From Bacteroidales bacterium (lineage in GTDB: Bacteria; Bacteroidota; Bacteroidia; Bacteroidales; UBA7960), in assembly GCA_007132395.1 (NCBI GenBank), contig SLOR01000384.1, forward strand, positions 1-28,961: a DNA stretch of 28,961 bases, given 5' to 3'. Positions within the stretch are counted from its first letter, which is position 1; every line of letters starts with the position of its first letter. The translations under genes and the position numbers were made by a program. The notes under the pieces are model-generated. The model did not search any database. It saw only the letters and a list, made by a program, of their open reading frames with translations, and was not told where the DNA came from. Positions 1 to 11,318 of this stretch are shown here, in pieces.

Positions 1-966
1 GTAGATGAGTTTGTGCAATTTTCGCAAGGCCTGGGCTTTGCCGATATCAGCGAGGCTCAGCAAGACTCCCTTACCTATACTGCCGCCGAAAATCGCTACA
101 TGCAAGGAGACTGCGAAAACGCGATACGAAGCTTTGCCAACTACCTCGACAGGTTTCCCCGTGGTATATTTGCACTAAACGCACAGTTTTACAGAGCTGA
201 ATGCGACTACCGCAACAACGAGCACCAAAAAGCCCTGGCCGGATATGTTTACGTACTCGACAGGCCCAAATCCAAGTTTTCGGAAAATGCTGCCATCAGG
301 GCCGCCCAAATCAATTATGCCAGTGGCAACTATGAGGCAGCCCTAAACTTTTACCAGGTACTGGAGCAAGTGGCTGAGTTCAGAAACAATCAGCTGGATG
401 CCCGCATTGGACAAATGAGAGCCCTCAGCAGACTCGATCGCCCCGACCAAACCATTGAGCAGGCTCAAACAGTGCTGCAGGATGAACGCATCACCCGCGA
501 AGTTACCCAGGAGGCTCATCTGCTCATTGCACGTGCTGCTTTCAGGCAAAATCGACAGGAAATGGCACGGGAACATTTTGTTAAGGTAAATCAAATTGCA
601 GAAAACGAAATGGCTGCGGAAGCCAAATACCACCTCGCCCTTATTGAATTCAGACAAGGAAATTATGAGCAAGCAGAAAAACTGATCTTTGATTACATCA
701 ATAGCCTTGCAGCTTATGATGTATGGCTGGCTAAGCTTTTTATGTTACTTGCCGACAACTATCTCGTGCAGGAAAATGTGTTCCAGGCCCGCCACACCCT
801 GCAAAGTATTATTGAAAATTACGAGGGAGAGGAAATACGCAATCAGGCATTACAAAAACTGGAAGATATTGACCGCCAGGAACACCTTAGAGACCAGCGT
901 GAAGACGGAGATACCCTGGAAATAGATTTCAGCCAGAGTCAGAGAAATGACCGCGAGTTTTTTTAA
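1..966 (+). CDS. Tetratricopeptide-repeat protein, C-terminal part (5'-truncated by the window edge)
   Basis: Frame 1 is open from base 1 (gta gat gag ttt gtg), so the GTG at 13 is probably internal. It has repeated TPR-like helical pairs (AENRYMQGDCENAIRSF, AQFYRAECDY, AAEAKYHLALIEFRQGNYEQA). Stop TAA at 964-966. Confidence 0.85.
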   Translation, partial: VDEFVQFSQGLGFADISEAQQDSLTYTAAENRYMQGDCENAIRSFANYLDRFPRGIFALNAQFYRAECDYRNNEHQKALAGYVYVLDRPKSKFSENAAIRAAQINYASGNYEAALNFYQVLEQVAEFRNNQLDARIGQMRALSRLDRPDQTIEQAQTVLQDERITREVTQEAHLLIARAAFRQNRQEMAREHFVKVNQIAENEMAAEAKYHLALIEFRQGNYEQAEKLIFDYINSLAAYDVWLAKLFMLLADNYLVQENVFQARHTLQSIIENYEGEEIRNQALQKLEDIDRQEHLRDQREDGDTLEIDFSQSQRNDREFF

Positions 967-993
967 TCCCCCAAAAGCTAAACATTAAGCCCT

Positions 994-2718
994 ATGCAAA
1001 CAATATTTTCATATCATAAATTCACTCTGCTGATTACCATTTTATGCATCGGATTGCTGTTGCCCGAGGCAAGGGCTCAGCAACTTGATTTTGATGAAAT
1101 TAAGGTAATTGCCCCCTACCAGCCAACCATATCTGATGCGTTTAAAATTCAGTTTAATCCAAGCATTGATGATACCCTTAAAACGGATATTGCCTTTGAT
1201 TACAGTATCAACCCCCTGCAGATACCCACCAGATTTTCGGTGGAACCTCTCAGCCCTGCCCGCATGCGGGGAGAGCCGCTGGCAAAACTCTACAAAGGAC
1301 ACGTGAAGGCCGGGCTGGGGAATTACTCCACACCCTATGCTGAGGCATTTTACAACACCCTGCGCTCCAACGAATATGCTTACGGTGTAAGACTCAAGCA
1401 CCTTTCATCGGGTGGAGGCATTGATGAATATGCTCATAACGGTTATGCCGACAACAGGATAAATCTTTACGGCAAAAGATTTCTGGATAATCACACCCTG
1501 GAAGCTGATCTGAATTACGAACGCAATATGAATCACTTTTATGGCTTTCGGCGCAACGACTACCTCGAAAATGAACCCATGCTTACCTTTATCGATGAAC
1601 TTTCCAAAAAAGATATCAGGCAGGTTTTCCATTACGTTGCACCGGCCGTTGCTTTCAGAAGCAATTACCTCGACAGCACCAAACTACAGCACAATATTGG
1701 ACTGCAATACCATTACTTAACCGATCGCTATGATGCCACCGAGCACAGGCTGGATTTTCGCACCCGCCTTGACAAAGCCCTGCGCGAGGACCCCCTGGGA
1801 TTTGCCGAAAGACAAAACTTTCATATGGATTTAGGTGTGGATTATTTTCATAACAAATCGGGTCTGGATACTCTTAATACCACACTCATAAGCGTTGCCC
1901 CCACCCTCTCCTCCTATTACAGAGATTTCACCTTTTACGTGGGAATCAATGCATCCGCCCAGGTTGATACGGTTACCTATGCAAGATTTTACCCACTGGC
2001 AGGTGCCGAGGTAAACCTTATTCATGATGTGCTTTTTGCCTATGCTTCACTTAGTGGTGAGTTGAAAAAACAAAACTTGCGCGAAATCAGTCAGGTAAAT
2101 CCCTTTGTTAATACAAATCTGCCCCTGGGATTCACCAACAAGAAATCAGAGCTGCGTGGAGGGTTCAAAGGTTCCATAAGTTCTTTTGCCTCATACAATA
2201 TTTCTGTTTCCAGCAGCAATATCGATAATTACCCGTTTTTTGTAACCGATCCCCAAGCCACGCTGCAGAACCAGTTTACGGTTATTTACGACAACATCAG
2301 GCTGTTTAATTTTCGTACAGAAGTGTTTTCCAATGTGGGTGAAAGGCTACGCCTGCGCTTTGCTTCGGATTACTTCCAGTATGCCCTTGACAATGAACTG
2401 GAGCCCTGGCACGAACCCACCATGAAGTTTAATATTTCCCTGCGTTACAGCATGCAGGACAAAATCATTGTTACAGCAGATGCTTTTGCACGCAACTCTA
2501 TTTATGCCAGAACATTTGATGATGTAACCGGTGATGTGCAACGAACCAAAATTCATGGTTTTCACGTTGACACCAGTTTTGGCATTGAATACAGGTACAC
2601 CCAGATTCTGTCGGTATTTCTCAACCTGAACAATGTGCAGAATCAGCCTCTGGAAAGATGGTACAACTACCCCTCACAGCGGTTTAATATCATGGGTGGT
2701 GTAAGCTACGCATTTTAA
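994..2718 (+). CDS. Outer-membrane beta-barrel protein (TonB-dependent-receptor-like, short)
   Basis: N-terminal signal peptide (LLITILCIGLLLPEARA|QQ), alternating aromatic/polar beta-strand pattern, and a C-terminal beta-signal ending in Phe (GGVSYAF). Starts 27 nt after the TPR gene. Confidence 0.75.
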   Translation: MQTIFSYHKFTLLITILCIGLLLPEARAQQLDFDEIKVIAPYQPTISDAFKIQFNPSIDDTLKTDIAFDYSINPLQIPTRFSVEPLSPARMRGEPLAKLYKGHVKAGLGNYSTPYAEAFYNTLRSNEYAYGVRLKHLSSGGGIDEYAHNGYADNRINLYGKRFLDNHTLEADLNYERNMNHFYGFRRNDYLENEPMLTFIDELSKKDIRQVFHYVAPAVAFRSNYLDSTKLQHNIGLQYHYLTDRYDATEHRLDFRTRLDKALREDPLGFAERQNFHMDLGVDYFHNKSGLDTLNTTLISVAPTLSSYYRDFTFYVGINASAQVDTVTYARFYPLAGAEVNLIHDVLFAYASLSGELKKQNLREISQVNPFVNTNLPLGFTNKKSELRGGFKGSISSFASYNISVSSSNIDNYPFFVTDPQATLQNQFTVIYDNIRLFNFRTEVFSNVGERLRLRFASDYFQYALDNELEPWHEPTMKFNISLRYSMQDKIIVTADAFARNSIYARTFDDVTGDVQRTKIHGFHVDTSFGIEYRYTQILSVFLNLNNVQNQPLERWYNYPSQRFNIMGGVSYAF

Positions 2719-2801
2719 CTTAGGCGAGTTAAACTAAACGTTACACGGACAATGAGCTTGTAAAAGTGGCGTGAACAATTTTTAAGTCAGACTTATAAAC
2801 C

Positions 2802-2829
2802 AAAAGCCCCCTTTTTTATGGGGCTTTTT
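2802..2829 (+). terminator. Rho-independent terminator after the TPR/barrel pair
   Basis: aaaagcccc-cttttttat-ggggcttttt: 9-bp stem ending in a U-tract. Confidence 0.75.
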
Positions 2830-2981
2830 CCGTGTTTTAACCCATAAAATTCATCTTGCACTGGTCTTTATGTTGAATACCTTGCAAAACCCTGAACCTC
2901 AACACCTTAGGCAACTCCTCCATTGTTAATAAAAAGCCACTTTTTAAGCTAACTTACAAGCCTGAAACCGCCAAAAAAGCT

Positions 2982-2989
2982 TATCTTTG
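2982..2989 (+). promoter_or_regulatory. Bacteroidota sigma-70 '-7' box for gyrB
   Basis: TATCTTTG matches TAnnTTTG and lies 25 nt before the ATG at 3015. No clear -33 TTTG seen. Confidence 0.6.
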
Positions 2990-3011
2990 TGGGTTATTTA
3001 GAACCAAATAA

Positions 3012-4985
<1,974 letters not shown>

Positions 4986-5008
4986 CATCTGACATTAAAT
5001 AAATCCAC

Positions 5009-5045
5009 AAAAAAAGCTTTCCTTATTAAGGGAAAGCTTTTTTTT
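5009..5045. terminator. Bidirectional terminator between convergent gyrB and the SNF2 gene
   Basis: aaaaaaagctttcc-ttattaag-ggaaagctttttttt: inverted repeat with A and T tracts on either side. Confidence 0.85.
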
Positions 5046-5111
5046 ATGACATCTACCCGGAATTAAACGCCAATTGAAAAAATCCAGGTATGTAGTATTA
5101 TTTATGGCAGT

Positions 5112-8100
5112 TTACAATAAATCCTGCAATTCTTCAAAAGACAGGCTTTTGAGCGGATTATTTTCATTGATAAACATGCCTGCCAGCTGGGTTTTCTTTT
5201 GCTGTAATGAAACTATTTTCTCTTCAACGGTATTGCGGGTTATGAACTTGTATACGAACACATTCTTATGCTGCCCGATGCGATGGGCACGGTTTATGGC
5301 CTGATCTTCAACGGCTGGATTCCACCAGGGGTCAAGCATAAATACGTAATCGGCTCCGGTAAGGTTTAGACCAACCCCACCGGCTTTTAACGAAATTAAA
5401 AATAAGCGGTTCTCCTCACGGGTCTGGAAATCTTTAATAACCTTTTTCCTGTCCTTTTCCGAAATGCTGCCGGTGAGCCAGCTGTACTGGTATCCCTGCT
5501 GTTGAAAATAATTCCGGAATAAGTTCAGGTGTTTTACAAACTGCGAAAAAATCAACACCTTATGATTTTCGGAGATAAGTTTTTCCACGTTGCGGATTAT
5601 CTCAATATATTTACCAGAGTCAAAAGCATACTCTTGATCAATAATAACAGGGTGATTGGCTGTCAACCTCAGTTTAGTCAATCCACTGAGCACCATGAAC
5701 CTTGATTTATCCAGCCCCCGCTCTTCAACATCTTTAAGAATAGCATTTCTTATTTCCGACTTGCGGGTTTCGTAATAGCTTTCCTGTTCGGCGGTCATTT
5801 CGCAATAATGTATGATTTCGGTAAGCTCAGGCAACTCTTTGGCAACCTGACCCTTAGTCCGTCGCAGGATGAAAGGTTTAATAAGATGTTGCAGTTTTTT
5901 GGCAACCTGCTCGTCCTGCTTCTTCTCAATGGGATACACAAATTCCTCTTTAAAGAATGCCAGGCTTCCCAACATGCCGGGGTTTATGAAAGAAAACTGC
6001 GACCATAAATCGGTAAGGGAATTCTCTACCGGAGTACCTGATAATACAAGCCGATGGTCGCATTGCAGTTTTTTTATAGCGGAAAATATTTTGGAAGAGG
6101 CATTTTTGATAATCTGGCTCTCATCCAGTATCACATACCTGAAAGCATACCCGCTCAATATATCGATATCATTGCGCACTGTGCCATAAGTAGTAAGTAC
6201 CAGATCATACCCCGAAAAATATGCTGCATCAGTAGCTCTTCCCGTGCCGGTATGTTGTAAAGCCCTTAGTTGAGGAGCAAAGCGATTAATTTCCTGTATC
6301 CAGTTATGAATAAGTGAAAGTGGCATTACCACCAGCGAGCATCTACCCCTGCGCACATTGCTGCCATTGTCTGAAGACGCTGAAAAGATTGAAAGCTGGG
6401 CATCAGAAACCTGCTGTTGTTCTCCATCAACCTGGCTTATTTCAGCCAAATCCGGTTCTTCATCCAGGTGCACCCGGCAAAGCAAGGCAAGGGCCTGTAG
6501 AGTTTTTCCCAACCCCATATCGTCGGCAAGGCAGCCGCCCAGCTTGTTGTTTTTTAAAAACATCATCCAGTTGAAGCCGATGGATTGATACGCCCGAAGT
6601 TCTGCCTGAAGGGCAGGCGATATCTCATAAGCGTTTTCTTCCAGATCAGTATTCAGCACGGGCAGCTTCACCCCTTCGGAAGGCAAATTACTCAAAAGGG
6701 TGAAGTGATGTTTTTTGATTTCCAGCTTATTGCCTATTTTGTGACCAAATTTAAAAAGGTCGTGGTAGGTACTCATCCACTCTGTAGGAATAAGCGCTAT
6801 ACTTCCATCAGGCAACTTAAACTCGCGCTTGCCCTCCAGTATGTTATTCTTCAATTCAATAAAAGGGATGGCAAATTTGCCGAACTGCACAACGGCCTCC
6901 AAATCGAACCAGTCGTTTTTGTCGTGGGCCTCAAAAGTTAATGAAGAGGTTCCGGTATAATACGACTTTTTGGCGATTTGGCGTTCCAGCTGAAAGTTGT
7001 GTCCGACAAGTTTATCCAGGTTCAGGTTCATCCAGTCGATGCAGGCATGTATCTGTTGTTCAGGGGCATTAGCAATACTTTCCGGTAGGGGGGTTTCTAC
7101 CTGAAAATAAGGTGCATCTTTTCGTTTAAGACCATACTCAGGCAAAAGACCGGCAATATGCTTTTCAAATGCAAAATCCCGTATTACCTTCTCAAAGTGA
7201 AAGACCGGCCATTTATGAACAAACTTAACCTGAGAAGGCTTCGTGTCGCCATAGTGAAATTCGCTGCCTGTGCCATACCTGAAATACAAGCCCATCATTA
7301 TTTCCCCCTGCCAGTGCTGCTCAAGTCGGAGGATTGGGGTAGGTTTTTCATCAAAAAGTTTTACCTCAAAACCTTCGGCTTTGAAAGGATGATGCAAAAT
7401 ACTTTTTTGTACAAACTTCTCGTAATACTGTTTTTCACTGCTGGCAGGGATTACAAGATATTCTTTATTCATGAAGGGTTTGAATCTCTGTCCGTCCCAA
7501 TGGGATTCAAACCGCAACAACTTCTTGCCCAGCAATAAAAGGCAGGGCTTGTGGCTGATGAGAACGGCACCACTGTTAAACAGCACTAAATTTTTTCCTT
7601 TAAACCTTAACTGAAGTTCATAGTGGGTTTCGTTGGCCAGTTTTTCGAAATGAAAGCAGGTTTCCGCAAGTTCTTTAGGCAGGGCCAGTGGTGTTTCTTT
7701 GATTCTTTCGGCAGAATCTCCCTTGAAATACAGTGGGATATTATGAGCAGCCATCAAAGTAACGGCTTCATACATCACCTTTTCAATAAAAGGACGGATA
7801 TGTTCAGTTACGAATTCAGCATTGAGGCTTTCGAAAAAATTCCTTGATTTTATTCCCGAAGATTTAAATCTCTTTTGCAGGCTCTCATCGCTATACTTGT
7901 TGATAAGCTCCAGTAGAGCCAGTTGCGGCTCCTCCAGATTATCAAAATAATCCCAGTGGGATTTATTGCCTACCTTTTTAAAGTCATACTCAAACAAGCC
8001 TTTTGCGTTTTTGCTCACGGCAAATGGTTCGATGAGATACTCCAACACGGGATGTGAGGTAATGGCAAAAACCAACATCTTGGTGGTATTTTCAAAGTTA

Positions 8101-8123
8101 GCTTTCAAATCAGGGCCCTGCAT
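5112..8123 (-). CDS. SNF2/SWI2-family ATPase (helicase superfamily 2)
   Basis: Motif I LADDMGLGKT, motif II VILDESQ, motif III LSGTPVEN, ISLKAGGVGLNL, DPWWNPAVE, and motif VI QAINRAHRIGQ. ATG at 8123; an in-frame TTG at 8138 is an alternative start. Confidence 0.92.
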   Translation of the reverse strand: MQGPDLKANFENTTKMLVFAITSHPVLEYLIEPFAVSKNAKGLFEYDFKKVGNKSHWDYFDNLEEPQLALLELINKYSDESLQKRFKSSGIKSRNFFESLNAEFVTEHIRPFIEKVMYEAVTLMAAHNIPLYFKGDSAERIKETPLALPKELAETCFHFEKLANETHYELQLRFKGKNLVLFNSGAVLISHKPCLLLLGKKLLRFESHWDGQRFKPFMNKEYLVIPASSEKQYYEKFVQKSILHHPFKAEGFEVKLFDEKPTPILRLEQHWQGEIMMGLYFRYGTGSEFHYGDTKPSQVKFVHKWPVFHFEKVIRDFAFEKHIAGLLPEYGLKRKDAPYFQVETPLPESIANAPEQQIHACIDWMNLNLDKLVGHNFQLERQIAKKSYYTGTSSLTFEAHDKNDWFDLEAVVQFGKFAIPFIELKNNILEGKREFKLPDGSIALIPTEWMSTYHDLFKFGHKIGNKLEIKKHHFTLLSNLPSEGVKLPVLNTDLEENAYEISPALQAELRAYQSIGFNWMMFLKNNKLGGCLADDMGLGKTLQALALLCRVHLDEEPDLAEISQVDGEQQQVSDAQLSIFSASSDNGSNVRRGRCSLVVMPLSLIHNWIQEINRFAPQLRALQHTGTGRATDAAYFSGYDLVLTTYGTVRNDIDILSGYAFRYVILDESQIIKNASSKIFSAIKKLQCDHRLVLSGTPVENSLTDLWSQFSFINPGMLGSLAFFKEEFVYPIEKKQDEQVAKKLQHLIKPFILRRTKGQVAKELPELTEIIHYCEMTAEQESYYETRKSEIRNAILKDVEERGLDKSRFMVLSGLTKLRLTANHPVIIDQEYAFDSGKYIEIIRNVEKLISENHKVLIFSQFVKHLNLFRNYFQQQGYQYSWLTGSISEKDRKKVIKDFQTREENRLFLISLKAGGVGLNLTGADYVFMLDPWWNPAVEDQAINRAHRIGQHKNVFVYKFITRNTVEEKIVSLQQKKTQLAGMFINENNPLKSLSFEELQDLL

Positions 8124-8155
8124 TATTGGTTTTAACAAATCATATTACAAACCCA

Positions 8156-8163
8156 CAAAAATA
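8156..8163 (-). promoter_or_regulatory. '-7' box for the SNF2 gene
   Basis: The minus strand reads TATTTTTG (TAnnTTTG), about 30 nt upstream of the ATG. Confidence 0.5.
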
Positions 8164-8198
8164 CGACTATTTACCATGCCTTTTATACGCAGCGTTAT

Positions 8199-8235
8199 AA
8201 AAAAACCCGCCTATGCACTATAGCTGTTGGCGGGT
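8199..8235 (-). terminator. Rho-independent terminator downstream of the peroxidase gene
   Basis: Minus strand: acccgcc-(17 nt)-ggcgggt followed by a T run. The loop is long. Confidence 0.6.
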
Positions 8236-8257
8236 ATAAGCCTGTTGCAGCAATTTT

Positions 8258-8815
8258 TCACTCGTTAATCCAGCTAACGATTTCATCTGCCATAGGATTG
8301 GTGCGTGGAGAAAAATATTTTACCAGTTTCCCGTTTTCATCAATAAGATATTTCTGGAAGTTCCATCCCACTTCTGAGTCTTCAACGCCGTTAAGTTCCT
8401 TTTGGGTAAGCCAGCGGTATAGCGGGTGAATATCATCACCCTTTACGGATATTTTCTCCATCATGGGAAAGGTAACACCGTAGTTTTCTTCACAGAAGGC
8501 AATGATTTCTTCATTGGTGCCGGGTTCCTGATTCATAAAGTTATTGGCAGGAAATCCGATTATCACAAAATTTTCGGCAGAATAACTGCGGTAAAGTTTT
8601 TCCAGACCTTCGAACTGCGGAGTAAGCCCGCACTTTGAGGCAGTGTTTACAACCAAAACCTTTTTACCCTTTAATTGGGCCAAGTCAAAACTATCGCCGT
8701 AAATATCATTTACGGTAAAATCGTGAAGGGATTTGTGGTGATCGGCCATAGCCGGACTAATAACCATTAAAAAAGCCACCAGCGCAATCATAAGCGAAAT
8801 ACTTTTCTGTTTCAT
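8258..8815 (-). CDS. Glutathione peroxidase family protein (Cys type) with signal peptide
   Basis: VLVVNTASKCGLTPQ (active-site Cys, TGC codon), GFPANNF, QEPG, FPMMEKISV, WNFQKYLID. N-terminal hydrophobic signal peptide ending AMA. Confidence 0.92.
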   Translation of the reverse strand: MKQKSISLMIALVAFLMVISPAMADHHKSLHDFTVNDIYGDSFDLAQLKGKKVLVVNTASKCGLTPQFEGLEKLYRSYSAENFVIIGFPANNFMNQEPGTNEEIIAFCEENYGVTFPMMEKISVKGDDIHPLYRWLTQKELNGVEDSEVGWNFQKYLIDENGKLVKYFSPRTNPMADEIVSWINE

Positions 8816-9014
8816 GTGTGTAAAAATTTGGTAATTGAAGTAGATTCAAATTCGTTAAATGTATTTGAAAGCTATCGGTAAACATACATTATATGATAAA
8901 TGTTTTTCAATACCCTGCACAATTTAAGAAACCTTATCAAATAACCGGAAACAATTATTTTGCATTGAAACGGAAACCCCACGGTTTCTGCAAATCTGGT
9001 TTAGCTGAAAAAGG

Positions 9015-9022
9015 TAACTTTG
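9015..9022 (+). promoter_or_regulatory. '-7' box for cysQ
   Basis: TAACTTTG, 25 nt before the ATG at 9048. Confidence 0.55.
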
Positions 9023-9047
9023 CAACACATAATTCCTTATTCAATAT

Positions 9048-9920
9048 ATGACGTTTAGTTCTCAACCCAACAAGTTTTACCTCCTGGCATTGAAAGCCGC
9101 ATTAGCCGCCGGCAGAGAAATCATGCAGGTTTACGACGGCAATTTTAGTGTGGATGAAAAACAGGATGGCAGCCCAATTACCGAAGCCGACAGAAGAGCC
9201 AACGACTGTATTATGCAAACGCTCGCCCCGTCGGGTTTACCCATAATAAGTGAAGAGCACCCCATCGATACCTACAGTCGGCGAACGCATTGGGAGTACT
9301 TCTGGTTGGTTGATCCGCTGGATGGCACCAAAGAATTTGTGAACCGTAATGGCGAGTTCACGGTAAATATAGCCCTTGTGCACAGGCAAACACCTGCTTT
9401 TGGCATCCTTACCGCCCCTGCACTCAATCTGGGCTATATAGGGTTACAAGGGACAGGTGCATATAAGATTGAAAACCTTGAAAATCTTTCAGATTTAATT
9501 ACCCATTCCGACAACTCCTTCGGTCAGTTACTCAAATTGCTCACACCTCTGCATCCCGGGCAAAGCTCCGGTCCTCCGGTACTGGCCTCCAGTCGCTCGC
9601 ATATCAACCCCGAAAACCGGAACATGATACATGCACTGTGGGGAAGTGAGGTGCAACCTGAAATGCTTTATAAGGGCAGTGCGCTGAAGTTTGGCTTACT
9701 GGCCGAGGGCAAAGCACATTATTACCTGCGAAATGATAAAATATGGGAATGGGATACAGCTGCAGGACATGCATTGTTGCTGGCAGCGGGAGGAGATTTG
9801 CTATGCTGGCCCAGTGCCACACCCCTAGTGTACAACAAGGAAAGTATGCGCAATCCTGCTTTTGTTGCCTGTGCCAGCAAATTAGATTCAGACCTTCTTA
9901 AACCTAAATTTCCGCTTTAG
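9048..9920 (+). CDS. cysQ: 3'(2'),5'-bisphosphate nucleotidase (inositol monophosphatase superfamily)
   Basis: SPITEAD, IISEE, WLVDPLDGTKEFVNRNGEFTVNIALV, SRSH, GSALKF, WEWDTAAGHA. Confidence 0.9.
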   Translation: MTFSSQPNKFYLLALKAALAAGREIMQVYDGNFSVDEKQDGSPITEADRRANDCIMQTLAPSGLPIISEEHPIDTYSRRTHWEYFWLVDPLDGTKEFVNRNGEFTVNIALVHRQTPAFGILTAPALNLGYIGLQGTGAYKIENLENLSDLITHSDNSFGQLLKLLTPLHPGQSSGPPVLASSRSHINPENRNMIHALWGSEVQPEMLYKGSALKFGLLAEGKAHYYLRNDKIWEWDTAAGHALLLAAGGDLLCWPSATPLVYNKESMRNPAFVACASKLDSDLLKPKFPL

Positions 9921-10778
9921 ATAAGGATAGGAAAATACAGAAATTAGAATAATTAAAGTCCCCACATAAAACCCTCCAGACATGCGTTCAGCCTCACCGA
10001 AAATCAGAAATGCCAGGAAAATTCCGTAAACCGGCTCAAGGTTTATGGCAAGAACCACCGTGTAAGCCGACAGCTCTTTCATTATTTCCACTATGGCCGC
10101 AAAAGCATAGGAGGTGCAAAGAAAACTCAGGATGAGTATCCACATCAGGTCCTTTGAATTCAGACTCATCATTGTAATGTAAGCACCGCCGGTTATCAGC
10201 AGGAACACTGTAATGCCGGCAAAGCCCCCTATCATCTCATAAAAACTAATTAGCGAGGGGTTCCACCTCCGGCTGATGTTCCTGTTTAGCACCACAAATA
10301 GGCCGTTGAGCAATGCGGATAAGAGCGAAAAAAGAATGCCTTCCACATAGTCCATTTCGTATTGAAAAATCAGGTAGATACCGCCGATGATTACCATGCC
10401 AATGAACACTTCGAGCCAGAGTATTTTGCGCTTTTGCAAAAGGGGCTCAAGGAAACTGGTAAATAAAGTGGTGGATGCGAATACCCCCAGGGTTACCGAT
10501 ACATTGGATACATTGATGGCATGAAAAAAAGTAATCCAGTGCAGTGCTACCACAAGGCCTATAAGATATAGATGCAGTTGCTCTTTGAAAGTAATGGAAA
10601 GACTAACCTTTTTCCATCGCAGATACACCCATAATCCCAGGGCTGCAAAAAACATCCGGAACCACACCAGTGAAATAGCATCAATGGTTATGAGCGCACC
10701 CAGTATTGCAGTAAACCCCAGCAGCACCACAATAAAATGAAGATGGGCGTATTGCCTGAAAAGTTTAATCTGCGTCAT
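9888..10778 (-). CDS. EamA/DMT-family transporter
   Basis: About 10 hydrophobic segments in two repeats, with HWITFFHAI and INLEPVYGI motifs typical of Bacteroidota EamA proteins. Confidence 0.88.
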   Translation of the reverse strand: MTQIKLFRQYAHLHFIVVLLGFTAILGALITIDAISLVWFRMFFAALGLWVYLRWKKVSLSITFKEQLHLYLIGLVVALHWITFFHAINVSNVSVTLGVFASTTLFTSFLEPLLQKRKILWLEVFIGMVIIGGIYLIFQYEMDYVEGILFSLLSALLNGLFVVLNRNISRRWNPSLISFYEMIGGFAGITVFLLITGGAYITMMSLNSKDLMWILILSFLCTSYAFAAIVEIMKELSAYTVVLAINLEPVYGIFLAFLIFGEAERMSGGFYVGTLIILISVFSYPYLKRKFRFKKV

Positions 10779-11301
10779 GCGAAAGGGTAAAATAATCCGT
10801 AATCAAGGCTAAAGCGTTTTCCGTGCGGTCTTGCCGGCTTCCGGAAACTATCCTGTAGGGAAATCCATATCCCTCCAGTTCTCTTTTATACCATTCAAAA
10901 AAAAAGTTTCTCAGATGAGGGTGTTCTCTTTGATCATCGTATTGCCAGGGCAAATCAACATTGCACAGCAGGTACAGGTCGTATCGGGGTATTTCCAGCT
11001 GTTGCAGTATCCAGGGATCACAAGTGTCGTATTTATGCATACTCCATACCTTTGTAACCAGTAGGTCTGTATCACAAAAAAGAAAATTGCCCCGGGCATT
11101 CTTTAAAGCGCTCTCTTCAAGCGCAATCTGCTGCCGGGCTATCACCAGTATATCTTCCCGGGTGTAGGGCCTCTCCAGCTTCTGAATATATTCACGGGCA
11201 AATTCCGGAACAAAGTCGCAACCATAATGCGTTGCCAGTGCCCGGGAAAGACTCGATTTACCTGTAGATTCAGGACCTGTAATGGCAATTTTTTTTACCA
11301 T
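10765..11301 (-). CDS. NadR C-terminal-type (ribosylnicotinamide kinase-like) P-loop kinase
   Basis: Walker A GPESTGKS, VPEFARE, Walker B-like LFCDTD, LPWQYD. It has no HTH or NMNAT domain. Overlaps the EamA start by 14 nt. Confidence 0.8.
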   Translation of the reverse strand: MVKKIAITGPESTGKSSLSRALATHYGCDFVPEFAREYIQKLERPYTREDILVIARQQIALEESALKNARGNFLFCDTDLLVTKVWSMHKYDTCDPWILQQLEIPRYDLYLLCNVDLPWQYDDQREHPHLRNFFFEWYKRELEGYGFPYRIVSGSRQDRTENALALITDYFTLSHDAD

Positions 11302-11318
11302 ATAGAATTAAATGTGTG

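Noticed and set aside
8630-8632. Selenocysteine in the peroxidase active site
   Set aside because: The codon is TGC (Cys), not TGA.
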